A model generated the notes under the pieces. That model did no database searches and was not told where the DNA came from. It saw only the letters and a list, made by a program, of their open reading frames with translations. A stretch of DNA of 63,109 bases, counting the filler, from Octopus bimaculoides (taxonomy: Eukaryota): the NCBI RefSeq assembly GCF_001194135.2. It is 5 parts of 5 records of this genome, joined end to end, with 100 filler letters (N's around TTAATTAATTAA, not from the genome) between each part and the next. Parts side by side here need not be neighbours in the genome. Positions count along the whole stretch, not along the records: positions 57,518 to 63,109 come from NW_026407462.1; 4 more parts are not named here. One strand, 5' to 3'. Of this stretch, positions 62,011 to 63,109 are shown piece after piece; position 1 is the stretch's first letter, and every line of letters begins with the position of its first letter. The position numbers and the translations under genes are program-made.

Positions 62011-62172
62011 GCATTATTATTAATGAATAATAATAATAATAATAATATAAGTGGCTAAGCATAAAAATAACCATAAAGGTAACAATTATTATTAATTTAT
62101 AATGAGGCTACTAGATAGCACCAGCTTTGCTAGAAATACGAGTCAAAACGGCTCAAAAATGACAGTTGTTAC

Positions 62173-62602
62173 CAGGGCCGGATGAAGACCCATCGAGGCC
62201 CTAAGCACTTAAAAGATTTTGGTGTCCCCATAAAAGATTATGTAATTCAAAATAGAAGCAATAACAAACCATAAAATAAATTTTTATTTTTCAAAACGAA
62301 ACAAAACAGTAAGAGGGGAAAATAATGTTTGTTTTTGTATATTTCCACTTTATTTATATTCGAAAAGTTTTCTCTTACTTTTTTGAATTGCGAACTCTTT
62401 GATCAGATCCTCAAAATTAATCTTAGGTAACACATCTGCATCTATACTTAGTAGAGATAAAGTCATCCCGAATATTATTTTAGCAAGTTTAAAGTGAATT
62501 CTTTAGTGCCGTAAACCATTTACCATTTCTGTGGTGCCCCCCACTCCTTCCCTTGATGTCCTAAGCATGTGCTTATTATGCTTAATGGTTAGTCGAGCAC
62601 TG
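62173..62602 (-). mobile_element. hAT (Tip100-like) non-autonomous element, complete
   Basis: Termini cagggccgga / cgagcactg; 8-bp TSD gttgttac / gttgtcac; retains the transposase C-terminus (LSLLSIDADVLPKINFEDLIKEFAIQKSKRKLF). Confidence 0.88.
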
Positions 62603-62803
62603 GTTGTCACTTATACACACTGACAACTGTGGTTTTTGAGTAGTTTTGACTCCTATTTCTAGCAAAGATGGTGCTGTCTAGTACCATGATTATATATATA
62701 TATATGTATATTTGTATTTCACACACATATTTATAGAGATGTATGCATGTATATGTACGTATATATGTGCTTACACGTACAGACACACAGACACAGACAC
62801 ACA

Positions 62804-62846
<43 letters not shown>

Positions 62847-63057
62847 CGATATGCATATATCGATATATCGATATAGTGCTTCTGTTGACGTCTATGTATG
62901 AGTATAGCTGTGTGCGCGCGTGAGTGTATGTGTGTGTGTACGAGTGTGTGCGTGTGTATACAAGTGTGTGTGTGTGTGTGAAGGAGTTTTTTCGTCAACC
63001 ACTGACAAAAACCTACATTAAAACCTTCAGTGTTTAACTGTCAGAAACAACATACTG

Positions 63058-63109
63058 CCTGGCGGCTGAGTATGCTGGGTGGCTGGGTATGCTGGGTGGC
63101 TGGGTATGC
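63058..63109. repeat. 17-bp GC-rich minisatellite (gggtatgctgggtggct), running off the window
   Basis: About three units seen. Confidence 0.8.

Overview
AT-rich, gapped eukaryotic draft sequence with no confidently identifiable intact host protein-coding gene and no CRISPR, rRNA or true tRNA genes. The repeat landscape (three abundant tRNA-headed SINE types, RTE, R4/Dong, CR1/L2-like and Tx1/L1-like LINE fragments, very dense microsatellites, a C2H2 zinc-finger relic) resembles an Octopus/coleoid cephalopod genome; this is inference from recalled repeat families, not a search result. Supported content: a decayed DD34D mariner, Tigger/Jerky and hAT relics, several MITEs with clean TSDs, LINE fragments, and many SINE copies (here called type A, type B = Meta-like, type C = CORE-like). 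There are many N gaps, four of them 100-bp spacers (44N-TTAATTAATTAA-44N). Most long ORFs in the track are gap or microsatellite artefacts. Best second-look items: (1) several type-I hammerhead-ribozyme-like motifs with palindromic stem III, including a structured ~350-bp-period unit at 36.2-36.7 kb that looks like a retrozyme or Penelope-derived element, and a near-complete motif at 38.2 kb; (2) a pre-miRNA-like hairpin at 48.36 kb; (3) a CpG-depleted domain at ~24.2-30.7 kb with candidate micro-exons, suggesting a hidden methylated transcription unit; (4) a LINE whose 3' stem-loop tail matches the type C SINE tail; (5) a 340-bp fold-back at 59.1 kb carrying hammerhead half-motifs. Coordinates of decayed repeats are approximate (about +/-20 bp) unless TSDs or TIRs are quoted.
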